Positions 47,426 through 56,822 of a DNA stretch of 64,000 bases are shown here, piece after piece. Position 1 is the stretch's first letter, and every line of letters starts with the position of its first letter. The position numbers and the translations under genes are program-made. The stretch covers positions 186,001 to 250,000 of the IMG/VR virus record IMGVR_UViG_3300042502_001233. One strand, given 5' to 3'. The notes under the pieces were generated by a model, which saw only the letters and a list, made by a program, of their open reading frames with translations, had not been told where the DNA came from and did not search any database.

Positions 47426-47893
47426 TTAGTCAGTTACCACACTGGCACCAGCAGAAGCTGTTATGTTCTCGTAATCACCCATGGTTGATTTTAGCTTGGT
47501 GTACAATGCTGGGTCTATACTATCAGTTGTTTCATAGTAAGCAATTACAGCTTGCATCTTTGCAATCATTTCTTTGGTGTAATGATTTACTTTGATTTGT
47601 TTGTCAGCGTCTTTTAACTCGTTAACTTCTTTGATGATAGCTGCTGTGTCAACCTTGTCTAATTTTTGAAAATCATATTTTTTGATATGAGAATTGAAAA
47701 TAACACCTTGACTGTCTGCTATTTCAAATCTGGTGTAATCTGTCTCAGAAACATTAGGGTACTTGTACTGCCCACCGTTGTTAAAAATAATAACCAAATC
47801 TTTGGTTTGAGTGTTGTAGGTTGAAGCGCAAATATTAGAAGATGCGTAGATTGCTTTAACCAAATTGTCTTTTGTTTGTTTTTTTAAAATCAT
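47426..47893 (-). CDS. KTSC-domain protein
   Basis: SSNI...YNTQTKDLVIIFNNGGQYKYPNV...ADSQGVIFNSHIK is a KTSC pattern. Confidence 0.8.
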   Translation of the reverse strand: MILKKQTKDNLVKAIYASSNICASTYNTQTKDLVIIFNNGGQYKYPNVSETDYTRFEIADSQGVIFNSHIKKYDFQKLDKVDTAAIIKEVNELKDADKQIKVNHYTKEMIAKMQAVIAYYETTDSIDPALYTKLKSTMGDYENITASAGASVVTD

Positions 47894-47914
47894 TCTTTTT
47901 GTATTAATAAAATG

Positions 47915-48151
47915 TTATTGTGCGTGTGTTTTATAGGAAACAATATCTTTCATTGGATATATTTTCCCAGTGCTAGTTAGCGAATTGTTGATGTCATCTC
48001 GTTCATCAACTATTACGATGATATAATCACCAGTAATCATAAGACCACAATCCAAATATTCTAATCTTGTGACTGAAGGTAAACCCTTGGTAATTACCGA
48101 ATCTTTAAGCAGAAGTTCAACTTTGCTAAATTTAGGTGCTGTATTTGTCAT
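47915..48151 (-). CDS. Hypothetical protein
   Basis: ATG at 48151 lies downstream of a host-type promoter. Confidence 0.6.
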   Translation of the reverse strand: MTNTAPKFSKVELLLKDSVITKGLPSVTRLEYLDCGLMITGDYIIVIVDERDDINNSLTSTGKIYPMKDIVSYKTHAQ

Positions 48152-48169
48152 GTCATTATATAGTTTGTA

Positions 48170-48233
48170 CAAATATACGAATATTTATCTAATAAATCAA
48201 TATTGCATTATTAAAAATAAATTAGTATCTTTG
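48170..48233. promoter_or_regulatory. Divergent Bacteroidota-type promoters
   Basis: Minus strand: TTG(48200-48198)-N20-TATATTTG(48177-48170). Plus strand: TTG(48203-48205)-N20-TATCTTTG(48226-48233). Confidence 0.75.
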
Positions 48234-48259
48234 CTAAAAATAAAATTAACCCGTTTACT

Positions 48260-50068
48260 ATGAACAGAGAAATTTATCCTAAAGTTAAAATAATTATGAA
48301 TCAAGCTATCAAAGAAGCTAAAAGTTTCGATGATACTAAAATAAGACCTGAACATATTATCCTATCAATGATGATTGATAATGATAATGAATGTACTAGG
48401 CTTTTAAATCAAATGAAAGTAGATACCTTTGACTTATATGATAAAGTCTCTGATTATTTAAGACAAAGCGATTTAACCCCAAGAGTTGCAAACACAAGTA
48501 GAAAAACGTTACCATTTTCAGATGAAACAAAAGCAATTATCAAAAGCCTTGATAAAGAATGTGAAAAGTTAAATCATAATATGATTGATACAACACATGT
48601 TATGCTAGGTATTTTAGCAGCAAAGCTACCGATAAATGAATTGTTATCTAAAAGTGGTATAACGTATAACCGTTTTAAAAAAACATTAAAAGATATGGAA
48701 AATTACGATGTAAAAAACAGTGCATTTAGTGGTGATGACCACGAAGAAAACGACAGTTTTAGAAAAAAACCTAACAGACCAAACGACTCTAAATCAAAAA
48801 CACCAGTGTTGGATAACTTCTGTAGAGACGTATCCAAAGCTGTAGAAAAAGGAGAAATAGACCCAGTGGTTGGTCGTGAAGTTGAAATCAAAAGAGTTTC
48901 ACAAATACTTTCACGTAGAAAGAAAAATAACCCAGTACTTATCGGAGAACCAGGCGTTGGTAAAACAGCCATCGTAGAAGGACTCGCACAGCTTATCTAT
49001 GAAGGTAACGCACCTAGAACACTTACTGGTAAAAAAATATTTACCTTGGATTTGGCTAGTATCGTTGCTGGTACAAAATATAGAGGTCAGTTTGAAGAAC
49101 GAATGAAAGCCGTGTTGGAAGAATGTAAAGCCAACCCAGATATTGTGTTATTTATTGACGAGTTACACACAATTGTTGGTGCTGGGAATTCCTCAGGTTC
49201 GTTAGATGCTAGTAACATCTTTAAACCAGCTTTGGCCAGAGGTGAAATACAAATCATCGGAGCAACAACACTAGATGAATACCGCGAAAACATTGAAAAA
49301 GATGGTGCGCTTACTAGACGTTTCCAACAAGTTCTTGTTGAGGAACCTACTCTAGAGCAAACCAAAACTATTTTGATGAATATCAAAGAAAAATACGAAA
49401 AACATCACAGAGTAAAATATACTGAAGAAGCTATTGACGAGTGTGTTAAACTATCTTCTAGATACATAATGGATAGAGCTATGCCAGACAAAGCCATCGA
49501 TGTATTGGATGAAGCTGGCGCCACCACAAACGTTAGTGTTGAAAAACCAGAAAATGTCAAGACTTTAGAATCTCAAATTAGTGAAATCCAAGTTCAAAAA
49601 AATGAAGTTGTTAAAAAACAACAATACGAAGAGGCGGCCAAGTTAAGAGATAAAGAAAAAGAATTAGATGACAAATTAAAAGAAGCCAACGCTAAATGGC
49701 AAGAAGAATTAGAATCTAATATTACGGAAGTTGGTGTTGACTTGATTTCAGAAGTTGTTTCTATGATGACTGGAATCCCACTTAATAAAATTTCAACACA
49801 AGAAACCAAAAAATTACTTAACATGGACAAAGCTCTTATGGGTAAAGTTATCGGTCAAGACGTAGCTGTATCTAAAGTAGTTAAAGCCATCAAACGTAAC
49901 CGTATCGGTATCAAAGATAAAAACAAACCAGTTGGTTCGTTCATCTTCTTAGGTCCTACTGGAGTTGGTAAATGTATTTGTGGTGATACAGAAATAATAG
50001 TCAGAAATAAAGTAACTGGTGAGATTAAAATTATTAACATAAAAAATATCGTACCCGACACCAATTAG
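48260..50068 (+). CDS. clpC: ClpC-type AAA+ unfoldase, N-terminal half fused to a split-intein N fragment
   Basis: Clp N-domain, [15 protein letters not shown], a UVR-like M-domain ([11 protein letters not shown]), then FLGPTGVGK|CICGDT... Confidence 0.93.
   Translation: MNREIYPKVKIIMNQAIKEAKSFDDTKIRPEHIILSMMIDNDNECTRLLNQMKVDTFDLYDKVSDYLRQSDLTPRVANTSRKTLPFSDETKAIIKSLDKECEKLNHNMIDTTHVMLGILAAKLPINELLSKSGITYNRFKKTLKDMENYDVKNSAFSGDDHEENDSFRKKPNRPNDSKSKTPVLDNFCRDVSKAVEKGEIDPVVGREVEIKRVSQILSRRKKNNPVLIGEPGVGKTAIVEGLAQLIYEGNAPRTLTGKKIFTLDLASIVAGTKYRGQFEERMKAVLEECKANPDIVLFIDELHTIVGAGNSSGSLDASNIFKPALARGEIQIIGATTLDEYRENIEKDGALTRRFQQVLVEEPTLEQTKTILMNIKEKYEKHHRVKYTEEAIDECVKLSSRYIMDRAMPDKAIDVLDEAGATTNVSVEKPENVKTLESQISEIQVQKNEVVKKQQYEEAAKLRDKEKELDDKLKEANAKWQEELESNITEVGVDLISEVVSMMTGIPLNKISTQETKKLLNMDKALMGKVIGQDVAVSKVVKAIKRNRIGIKDKNKPVGSFIFLGPTGVGKCICGDTEIIVRNKVTGEIKIINIKNIVPDTN
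49973..50065 (+). mobile_element. Split intein N fragment (31 aa)
   Basis: [31 protein letters not shown], an intein block A beginning with Cys1 right after the Walker A lysine. Confidence 0.85.
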
Positions 50069-50114
50069 TCCGAACTTTTTAAAACTTCATGATATTTATT
50101 ATAAAATAGATATT

Positions 50115-51335
50115 ATGAAAATAAAAACGAGTAAAGGTATTAAAGAAATAAATGAAGTTTTTACAGATTTGGAAAGTTTAAAAAACCAAGTCTTAAAATT
50201 AGATAAAAACATACGCTACGATAACGAAACAATTAAAAAAGAAATAGAATCACTGATGGTTAAATTAAAAGAACAAGAAGGTGTTGTTTCATTATCGTTG
50301 ATGCGTGGTTGGTTGGTGAAAAATTACGGTTTTAAAACTAAGAAATGGGGTAATATAGAGTATTTCATTGAACGTGGTTGGAATGATAAAGACGCTTTGA
50401 TTGAGTTGGATAAACGTAATAAAGAATTAAAACAAAGGAACCGTTTATGTGAAGAGTATTGGATTAATAAAGGTTACACTAAAGAAGAAGCTATTAACGA
50501 AATTTCTAAACAACAACAAAAATCATCTAAATGTGTTAAAACTTATCATGGTAAATCTAAAAAAATGTTAGCTGATAAAGGTTACACCGAAGAAGAAATA
50601 AAACGTATTTGTTTAACACCAACAAATTCTGAATTCTGGGTTAATAAGGGGTATTCTGAAAATGAGGCAAAAGATATTATTAGTAAAAACCAAACTGAAG
50701 CTGCGAAACAAGTTGATTTTGAAAAAAGACTAATACCATCAAATATTGAGTATTGGGTTGAGAAAGGTTTTAATTATCAACAAGCTAAACTAAAAGTAAC
50801 TGAACAACAAACAACTTTTAGTTTAGCTATATGTATTCAAAAATATGGTGAAGAAGAAGGTAAAAAAAGATTTACTGAAAGACAAAATAAATGGTTAAAT
50901 TCATTATTAACTAATGGTAATATGGTTATTGGATATTCTAAAATATCTCAAGATTTGTTCTATAAAATTTTAGAAATATATGATATTAGTGATAAAGATA
51001 AGGTTTATTTCGCAACACACAATAGTGAGTTCAAATTAGGTAAAAAAGAAGGTGGTGTTTGGTTATATGATTTTACCGATATTAAAAATAAAAAAATAAT
51101 TGAGTTTCATGGTGATATGTTCCATGGAAACCCAAATAAATATAAAGCTGGTGATTATCCACACCCATTTAGGAAAAATATAACCGCACAAGAAATGTGG
51201 AATAAGGATAAAAGTAAATTAGATGTTGCCTTAGAAGAAGGTTTTGATGTGTTGGTTATATGGGATTCAGAATATAGATGGGGAAACAAACAAGAAATAA
51301 TAAATAAATGTGTTTCTTTTCTAAATAAAAAGTAG
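50115..51335 (+). CDS. Vsr/DUF559-like (PD-(D/E)xK) putative homing endonuclease with repeated (Y/F)WxxKGY...EEA modules
   Basis: C-terminal YDF...IIEFHGDMFHG...DKSK...EEGFDVLVIWDSE; located between the intein halves. Confidence 0.75.
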   Translation: MKIKTSKGIKEINEVFTDLESLKNQVLKLDKNIRYDNETIKKEIESLMVKLKEQEGVVSLSLMRGWLVKNYGFKTKKWGNIEYFIERGWNDKDALIELDKRNKELKQRNRLCEEYWINKGYTKEEAINEISKQQQKSSKCVKTYHGKSKKMLADKGYTEEEIKRICLTPTNSEFWVNKGYSENEAKDIISKNQTEAAKQVDFEKRLIPSNIEYWVEKGFNYQQAKLKVTEQQTTFSLAICIQKYGEEEGKKRFTERQNKWLNSLLTNGNMVIGYSKISQDLFYKILEIYDISDKDKVYFATHNSEFKLGKKEGGVWLYDFTDIKNKKIIEFHGDMFHGNPNKYKAGDYPHPFRKNITAQEMWNKDKSKLDVALEEGFDVLVIWDSEYRWGNKQEIINKCVSFLNKK

Positions 51336-51346
51336 TATATTTGTAT

Positions 51347-51724
51347 ATGAAAATAAAATTTAATATAAAACTATATAAGATAAAAATTATACTGTATATT
51401 TCAGATGATTTAATTAGTGTGGCTGACAAGATTAAGAAAAACCACAAAGTAAAACTATATAAATTATCGAATAAAGAAATAAAAAAAATAGATGGTTGTG
51501 TTATTGGTCAATTTATGGAAAATGATAATTTACTTTATGTTTTGATTCAATCTAAAAATGGTAAGGTATGTATTAACACACTAACACACGAAATTTATCA
51601 TTTAACTAGTAAAATAATGAAACATAATGATTTTGATTTTTATCATTCTGACGAACCATTTGCAAGATTAAATGCTTTTTTAAATAAAAAAATTATTAAA
51701 AATAAAAAAATTAAATTAATATGA
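51347..51724 (+). CDS. Small HExxH (zincin-like) protein nested in the fractured clpC
   Basis: NTLTHEIYHLT...DEPFARL; TATATTTG promoter element at 51336-51343. Confidence 0.55.
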   Translation: MKIKFNIKLYKIKIILYISDDLISVADKIKKNHKVKLYKLSNKEIKKIDGCVIGQFMENDNLLYVLIQSKNGKVCINTLTHEIYHLTSKIMKHNDFDFYHSDEPFARLNAFLNKKIIKNKKIKLI

Positions 51725-51924
51725 ATGAAATTAATGCTGGTTGTTATAAATTAACAACAACTAAAAAAACCACAAATGGTTTGAAAACACAAGAATATAT
51801 TGTTTTAATTAGTGGTTATAAACCCTTCTTAAAGATGGAATCGTTCTGGTCAATAAAAGATAATTGTTTTGTTAGTTCAGATATTCTCAGAGCTGTAGAA
51901 ACTAAATACGAAAAAATTAATTAA
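51721..51924 (+). CDS. Small hypothetical protein nested in the fractured clpC
   Basis: 67-aa ORF overlapping the upstream stop. Confidence 0.55.
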   Translation: MNEINAGCYKLTTTKKTTNGLKTQEYIVLISGYKPFLKMESFWSIKDNCFVSSDILRAVETKYEKIN

Positions 51925-51931
51925 TAAAAAT

Positions 51932-53593
51932 ATGGAAGATTTAAAAAAATTCATGGATGACACTGTTAAATGTGAAATTCTAAAATACGCTAGTTATGAC
52001 GATAAAAATGGTGGTATTGCTAAACCAGAATATAAATTTACTGTTCTAATCAGAACGCTAAATTTTGAAAATAAAACTAATAATGATATAAAATTAATTA
52101 TTGATGAGGCTGGTTTGTTATTAAATTACGATAATTGTCATGTTTCAATGTTTTCTATCGGTAAACTAAACGGAGAAGTTTTTTCAGTTAATGAAACTGA
52201 TGATGACTTTGCTGTCTTAGATAAACATTTAAGTGATGGTAAAACAATTGTTTTATATTCTGCTAAAATTGATACTGGAAAAGTGTATTACAGATATTCT
52301 TTGGTTAAAGATAAACCATTAAATAGAATGGAAGAAATTAAAAAAAGAGTTGATAAATCAGATAATGTTTTATTATTTGATAAACACGAATTAGAGTCTT
52401 TAAAAAAGATTACTAAAACAACCAAAATATCTGATTATGAAGTTTTAACTGATGATGGTTTTGTTGACATAGAGGCATTACACGAAACAATACCGTATGA
52501 AGTATATCATCTAAAATTAAAAGACGGTAAAGAACTTAAATGTGCTGATAATCATATTGTATTCGTTAGTGAATACCATGAAACTACTTTTGAACCAATT
52601 GGTTTAACCGAAATATTTGTTAAAAATTTAGAAATAGGTTCGTTTGTTATGGTGTCTGATGATAACGGTAATCTAACAGAATCTGAAGTTGTTGAACTTA
52701 CGAATTTAGGTTATGAAGAAGTAATGTATGACCTTGAACTAAAAGAAGGTTCCAATAGACGATATTATACCAATGGTATTTTATCACATAATACGATGTT
52801 GGCTAAATTGTTAGCAGAAGAAGTATTTGGTGATGCTGATTCATTGTTTAGAATCGATATGTCTGAGTATATGGAGAAATTCTCTGTGTCGAGATTGGTT
52901 GGTCCACCTCCTGGATATGTTGGGTATGAACAAGGTGGTCAATTGACTGAGAAAGTTCGTAGAAAACCACACTGTGTTGTTTTGTTTGATGAGATTGAAA
53001 AAGCTCATGAAGATGTATTCAACTTGTTATTACAAATGCTAGATGAAGGTCATTTGACTGACGGATTAGGTCGTAAAGTTAATTTCAAAAATGCTCTTAT
53101 TATCATGACATCTAACATTGGTGTTAAAGAAGCAAACTCATTTGGTAAGACAATGGGTCTTGAGACACCAAACGGAATGTTAAATGAAGAAAACAAAGCG
53201 CGCGCTATTATCGAAAAAGCTCTTAAAAAGAAATTCAAACCAGAGTTCTTAAACCGTATCGATGAAGCAATTATCTTCAACAGCCTTAAACGCGAAGACA
53301 TCCACGAAATCATCAACGTTGAGTTTGAAAAACTTAGAAAAAGAGTTGTTGAAATGGGTTACGATTTAACCATTGAACAAGCAGCGTTAGATTTCTTGGC
53401 AGAACATGGATACGATGAAGAATACGGAGCTAGACCTCTTACCAGAACACTTCAACATTATGTAGAAGATACGGTGGCTGATGAAATTTTGGCTGACCAT
53501 ATTGTCGAAGGACAAACCATCAATATCGTTTATGATAAAGATAACGATACATTGATTGTAAAACAACCAAAAACACCCAAACCAAAAAAATAA
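51932..53593 (+). CDS. clpC: Split-intein C fragment fused to the C-terminal half of ClpC
   Basis: ...YYTNGILSHN|TMLAKLL..., RIDMSEYMEK, GPPPGYVGYEQGGQLTE, LFDEIEKAH, TSNIG, PEFLNRID and YGARPL. Confidence 0.93.
   Translation: MEDLKKFMDDTVKCEILKYASYDDKNGGIAKPEYKFTVLIRTLNFENKTNNDIKLIIDEAGLLLNYDNCHVSMFSIGKLNGEVFSVNETDDDFAVLDKHLSDGKTIVLYSAKIDTGKVYYRYSLVKDKPLNRMEEIKKRVDKSDNVLLFDKHELESLKKITKTTKISDYEVLTDDGFVDIEALHETIPYEVYHLKLKDGKELKCADNHIVFVSEYHETTFEPIGLTEIFVKNLEIGSFVMVSDDNGNLTESEVVELTNLGYEEVMYDLELKEGSNRRYYTNGILSHNTMLAKLLAEEVFGDADSLFRIDMSEYMEKFSVSRLVGPPPGYVGYEQGGQLTEKVRRKPHCVVLFDEIEKAHEDVFNLLLQMLDEGHLTDGLGRKVNFKNALIIMTSNIGVKEANSFGKTMGLETPNGMLNEENKARAIIEKALKKKFKPEFLNRIDEAIIFNSLKREDIHEIINVEFEKLRKRVVEMGYDLTIEQAALDFLAEHGYDEEYGARPLTRTLQHYVEDTVADEILADHIVEGQTINIVYDKDNDTLIVKQPKTPKPKK
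52328..52792 (+). mobile_element. Split intein C fragment (about 155 aa from the internal Met133)
   Basis: VLTDDGF, ELKCADNHIVF (block B, with a CxxH variant of TxxH), MYDLEL (block F) and SHN|T (block G). Confidence 0.85.
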
Positions 53594-53596
53594 TAT

Positions 53597-53621
53597 AAAA
53601 CCCACGAAAGTGGGTTTTTTT
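53597..53621 (+). terminator. Rho-independent terminator after clpC
   Basis: AAAACCCAC-GAAA-GTGGGTTTTTTT. Confidence 0.88.
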
Positions 53622-53643
53622 GTTTTAGAGAATATTTATTGTT

Positions 53644-54180
53644 ATGAAACAAATGATAAAACAATTATTGCGAGAAGCCATTGATAAAACAATCACATGT
53701 AAAAAATGTGATTGGCATTGGAAAGAGTCTGAATCAGACAAAAAAGATTTGTACGTTTGTCATAAATGTGGTCATGATAACACACCAAAAAAAGAAAATA
53801 TTAACGAACGTTTGCTAACCAAACATAAAGAAGATATTTTGGATGTTGCTGATTTTGTTAATTTTGCTAAAAAATATTTAGATATTGATGATGATATTAA
53901 AGTTGAATTGGCTTTTGAAAGAACACCAGACCTTAGAACAACCGCATATTACAACAACGGTGAAAAACGTATGAAGATATATGTTAAAAATAGAGCTATT
54001 ATAGACGTATGTCGTTCAATTGCTCATGAATTAACACACCACAAACAAAATCTAGAAGGAAGAATAACAGATGCCAGTAAAGATGGTCAAGACGGTAGTG
54101 ACATAGAAAATGAAGCTAACTCAGTTGCTGGAGTTATAATAAGAAAATGGGGTCGTATACATCCTGAAATTTATGAATAA
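53644..54180 (+). CDS. Tagged protein with a zinc ribbon and an HExxH metallopeptidase-like domain
   Basis: MKQMIKQLLRE; CKKC...CHKC; SIAHELTHHKQ...ENEAN. Confidence 0.7.
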   Translation: MKQMIKQLLREAIDKTITCKKCDWHWKESESDKKDLYVCHKCGHDNTPKKENINERLLTKHKEDILDVADFVNFAKKYLDIDDDIKVELAFERTPDLRTTAYYNNGEKRMKIYVKNRAIIDVCRSIAHELTHHKQNLEGRITDASKDGQDGSDIENEANSVAGVIIRKWGRIHPEIYE

Positions 54181-55024
54181 TACAAGAACACTACTAAGAG
54201 AAGAAATTGCCTTAAACGATAGAAAATTGCTATTGAATGAGCACTCTATGTCATTGATACAAAATAGCGAGTATATAAAACATGTTTTGGGTATTCAGAC
54301 ACCATTGTTTGAGTATTATTCTTTTGAACTTAGAAAACAAATAATTGACGAAGCTTTATCAATACAAGGTGTTTTACAATCAGCTAACAGCTATTTAGTT
54401 GGTCAGATTGAAAAAGGTAAAGAATATGTTGTAAAAGCTATTGATACCGTTAAATCAACTAAAGATATTGTAATATTATTTAAAAATTTAATTTTATCAC
54501 CAGAAAATATGGTTAAAGCCAATAGAGGGTTAAATAAAATATGTACAGATTTAACAAATGATGCTCAATCTGTAATTACCTATATAACTGAAAAATTACC
54601 TAATATAGTTAACTTTACCGAAGGAATGGTAAATATGTTAAACAAATTAAAAAGAATTGTAACTGACGAAATAAACGGTAACGGTTGGACAGGTTTTCTA
54701 GCTAAATTTGGTCTTGCATGTTTAATGACTTACATTAAAATAAATGTATTTGATAAAATACTTAAATTAGGTATTCAGTTTATTAAAGATGGTGCAGTAC
54801 TTTTCACAGGGGTTCAAGGGTTGCTTCAATTGTTTAAAAATTTTAAAGAAACAATAATTCAAAATGGTGATATAAAACAAATAATAAATTGGATAACCAA
54901 CATAGGTAAAGAAGCCGCATCATTAAATTTAAGTTTAGCGTTTGATATAATGGTAGCAGTAACAACCGTTTGCACAGCTTTGTTAGCCGTTATTAATTTC
55001 AAATTTGATTTGAGAAAACAATAA
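54173..55024 (+). CDS. Hypothetical protein with a tag-like N terminus
   Basis: MNNTRTLLREEI...LLLNE. Confidence 0.65.
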   Translation: MNNTRTLLREEIALNDRKLLLNEHSMSLIQNSEYIKHVLGIQTPLFEYYSFELRKQIIDEALSIQGVLQSANSYLVGQIEKGKEYVVKAIDTVKSTKDIVILFKNLILSPENMVKANRGLNKICTDLTNDAQSVITYITEKLPNIVNFTEGMVNMLNKLKRIVTDEINGNGWTGFLAKFGLACLMTYIKINVFDKILKLGIQFIKDGAVLFTGVQGLLQLFKNFKETIIQNGDIKQIINWITNIGKEAASLNLSLAFDIMVAVTTVCTALLAVINFKFDLRKQ

Positions 55025-55036
55025 AATAAATATATT

Positions 55037-55345
55037 ATGAAAAATACAATCAAAGGTGGTAAAGCAGATAAAATGACACCACAAGACATCGCAAATAAAT
55101 TCAAAGTATCAGTTTCTGATATTGAAGCTCAATTAAAAAAAGGTATTGAGGTTGAGTTAGAACATACTGATAATAAAGAAAAAGCTAGAGAAATAGCTAT
55201 GGACCATTTGTCAGAATTTCCAGATTACTACGATAGACTTGAAAAAATGGAAAATAACCCTTCTAAAGAATTTAAAACAACTGAAATAAACGAGAACAAC
55301 AAAATATTAATTAAACGTCTCATAAAAGAGAATTTAAACAAATAA
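55037..55345 (+). CDS. DUF5661-like small phage protein
   Basis: LKKGIEVELEHT...AREIAMDHL.E.PDYY..L..ME; C-terminal KILIKRLIKE. Confidence 0.7.
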   Translation: MKNTIKGGKADKMTPQDIANKFKVSVSDIEAQLKKGIEVELEHTDNKEKAREIAMDHLSEFPDYYDRLEKMENNPSKEFKTTEINENNKILIKRLIKENLNK

Positions 55346-55350
55346 AAAAC

Positions 55351-55779
55351 CTATAATGGGTCATCTTTTTTACCAATATATTCATAACTAAAACACAACC
55401 TTTTATTATCGTAAACATGGTCTTTGTATGTGTTGGCAGAACTTACATCTTTTCTTAATTTTTTATTTTTGCTGGTAGGTTTCCAAAGTGGTGAATTCTC
55501 CCAGAAAGCACCCAATCTAGGGTGAGCAGTCCTTGAAAAATATCTGTAACCTTGGTCAATATGATGCTGTGCGATAGCAGTAGAAAATCTAACACCAATA
55601 CCCATCCCTTGAAAATCTGGTAATACAACATTCCTGTGTCCTCTCCATGCATTTTTTAAAGTACCGCTAGGCATTGATATACTAGCGAAAAAACTAACTA
55701 CTTGGTCACCCCAAACACCAATGTAGCATCTAGAAGCTTTGTTTACGTTTCCGTCTAAATAGTGATGGTCTTTAAACAT
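55351..55779 (-). CDS. GNAT acetyltransferase domain (frame open upstream to the T9 run at 55842)
   Basis: FKDHHYL, RNVVLPDFQGMGIG (acetyl-CoA binding) and RTAHP. Confidence 0.8.
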   Translation of the reverse strand: MFKDHHYLDGNVNKASRCYIGVWGDQVVSFFASISMPSGTLKNAWRGHRNVVLPDFQGMGIGVRFSTAIAQHHIDQGYRYFSRTAHPRLGAFWENSPLWKPTSKNKKLRKDVSSANTYKDHVYDNKRLCFSYEYIGKKDDPL

Positions 55780-56444
55780 TCGCCAACTATCATTTGTTGT
55801 GCGATATATTTTGAGAGTGATTTCTGGTCGGACAAAAAAAAACCGTGAAGTAATTCACCTGTATCTGTATTGATAACCCAATCTGGTTCTAACCAATCTA
55901 TAATATCAGAATGACATGTGGATATAACCACATTCTCCAAACCGTTTTTATCTATATATCTTGACAAAGCAACACTGGCCGCTTTAGCCACGTTTCTATC
56001 AACCACACTGGTGTATTCATCAATAACACAATTGGATTTTAATTTACGAGCTAAATCAGCTCTAAACTTCTCACCGTTAGACAACACATGGTAAGGTTTA
56101 TACCAAGAAGGTATTGTGTTTAAACCAACAGCGGTTAGTTTATTTATACCATCATCTGGTGATTCAAAATGCGATACTATGGATTTGTTTGGGTCCCATG
56201 TTGGTGTTTCTTCAACACCAAAATTTTTAAGAAGTGTTGATTTACCAGAACCACTGGAACCAACGATTACACCCAACTTGAATTTTGTTGGTAATTTGGT
56301 TGGAACTTTCCACGGGTAAAATTTTGAGATTCCATCGAATTTACAATCAAACGCTGTTTCACTGGCTTCAATATATTCGTCACGGTCCACACTTGAAGTA
56401 AGAGGTGTGGTTTCTCTTTTTAATTTTTGTATTAATTTTTCCAT
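55755..56444 (-). CDS. ABC-type ATPase domain, joined to GNAT by a -1 frameshift
   Basis: GSSGSGKST, LSNGEKFRA, IDEYTS and STCH; the tail after GFF looks like out-of-frame translation. Confidence 0.85.
   Translation of the reverse strand: MEKLIQKLKRETTPLTSSVDRDEYIEASETAFDCKFDGISKFYPWKVPTKLPTKFKLGVIVGSSGSGKSTLLKNFGVEETPTWDPNKSIVSHFESPDDGINKLTAVGLNTIPSWYKPYHVLSNGEKFRADLARKLKSNCVIDEYTSVVDRNVAKAASVALSRYIDKNGLENVVISTCHSDIIDWLEPDWVINTDTGELLHGFFLSDQKSLSKYIAQQMIVGECLKTITI
55834..55842 (-). other. U9 putative -1 frameshift/slippage site
   Basis: CAC GGT TTT TTT TTG; the -1 frame reads ...VRPEITLKIYRTTNDSWRMFKDHHYL. Confidence 0.65.
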
Positions 56445-56490
56445 GATTTGAAACATTTATAAATAAATATCTCGTTATCATAAAAAAATA

Positions 56491-56526
56491 AAAGACTAAG
56501 GTGATTATTCAATCACCTTAGTCTTT
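56491..56526. terminator. 16-bp perfect hairpin (terminator-like)
   Basis: AAAGACTAAGGTGATT-ATTC-AATCACCTTAGTCTTT. Confidence 0.75.
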
Positions 56527-56545
56527 AATATTTTCTAGTTCGAAA

Positions 56546-56755
56546 TTACTTTCTACCTTCAGTTAATTGTACCAATTTTTTCTCTAATGCAGCAATTCTG
56601 TTTTCAAATAGAGAGTTAGCTTTTTTACTTTTCTGAGCTTGCTCATTAAGCCATTCTTGTTTTTTTACTGCAACTGCTTCATTTACAATGTTGTCGATTA
56701 AATCAACAAGGTGAGATTCTTTGATTTTAACTGTTTTTTTAGTTAAGTTTGACAT
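56546..56755 (-). CDS. Small protein with a KIKESxLVxLI...VNE motif (possible head-associated)
   Basis: 69-aa ORF after an ATATTTAT motif. Confidence 0.6.
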   Translation of the reverse strand: MSNLTKKTVKIKESHLVDLIDNIVNEAVAVKKQEWLNEQAQKSKKANSLFENRIAALEKKLVQLTEGRK

Positions 56756-56822
56756 GTCTTTAAGTTTTTATTAAAATCTTATTTATAAATAAATATATCA
56801 AACATACCAAAAAAACCAATTT

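Noticed and set aside
50069-51931. An RNA intron removing the insert between the clpC halves (both halves are in the same frame)
   Set aside because: No group I P7 (R/S) or group II domain V features were visible, and clear intein blocks A, B, F and G flank the insert.
45996-55755. Stop-codon reassignment (TAG or TGA readthrough) as the cause of the split thyA, clpC and ATPase/GNAT genes
   Set aside because: Long conserved genes are intact under the standard code. Readthrough would not restore the frame for thyA or the ATPase, and clpC-N meets another stop 8 codons after its TAG.
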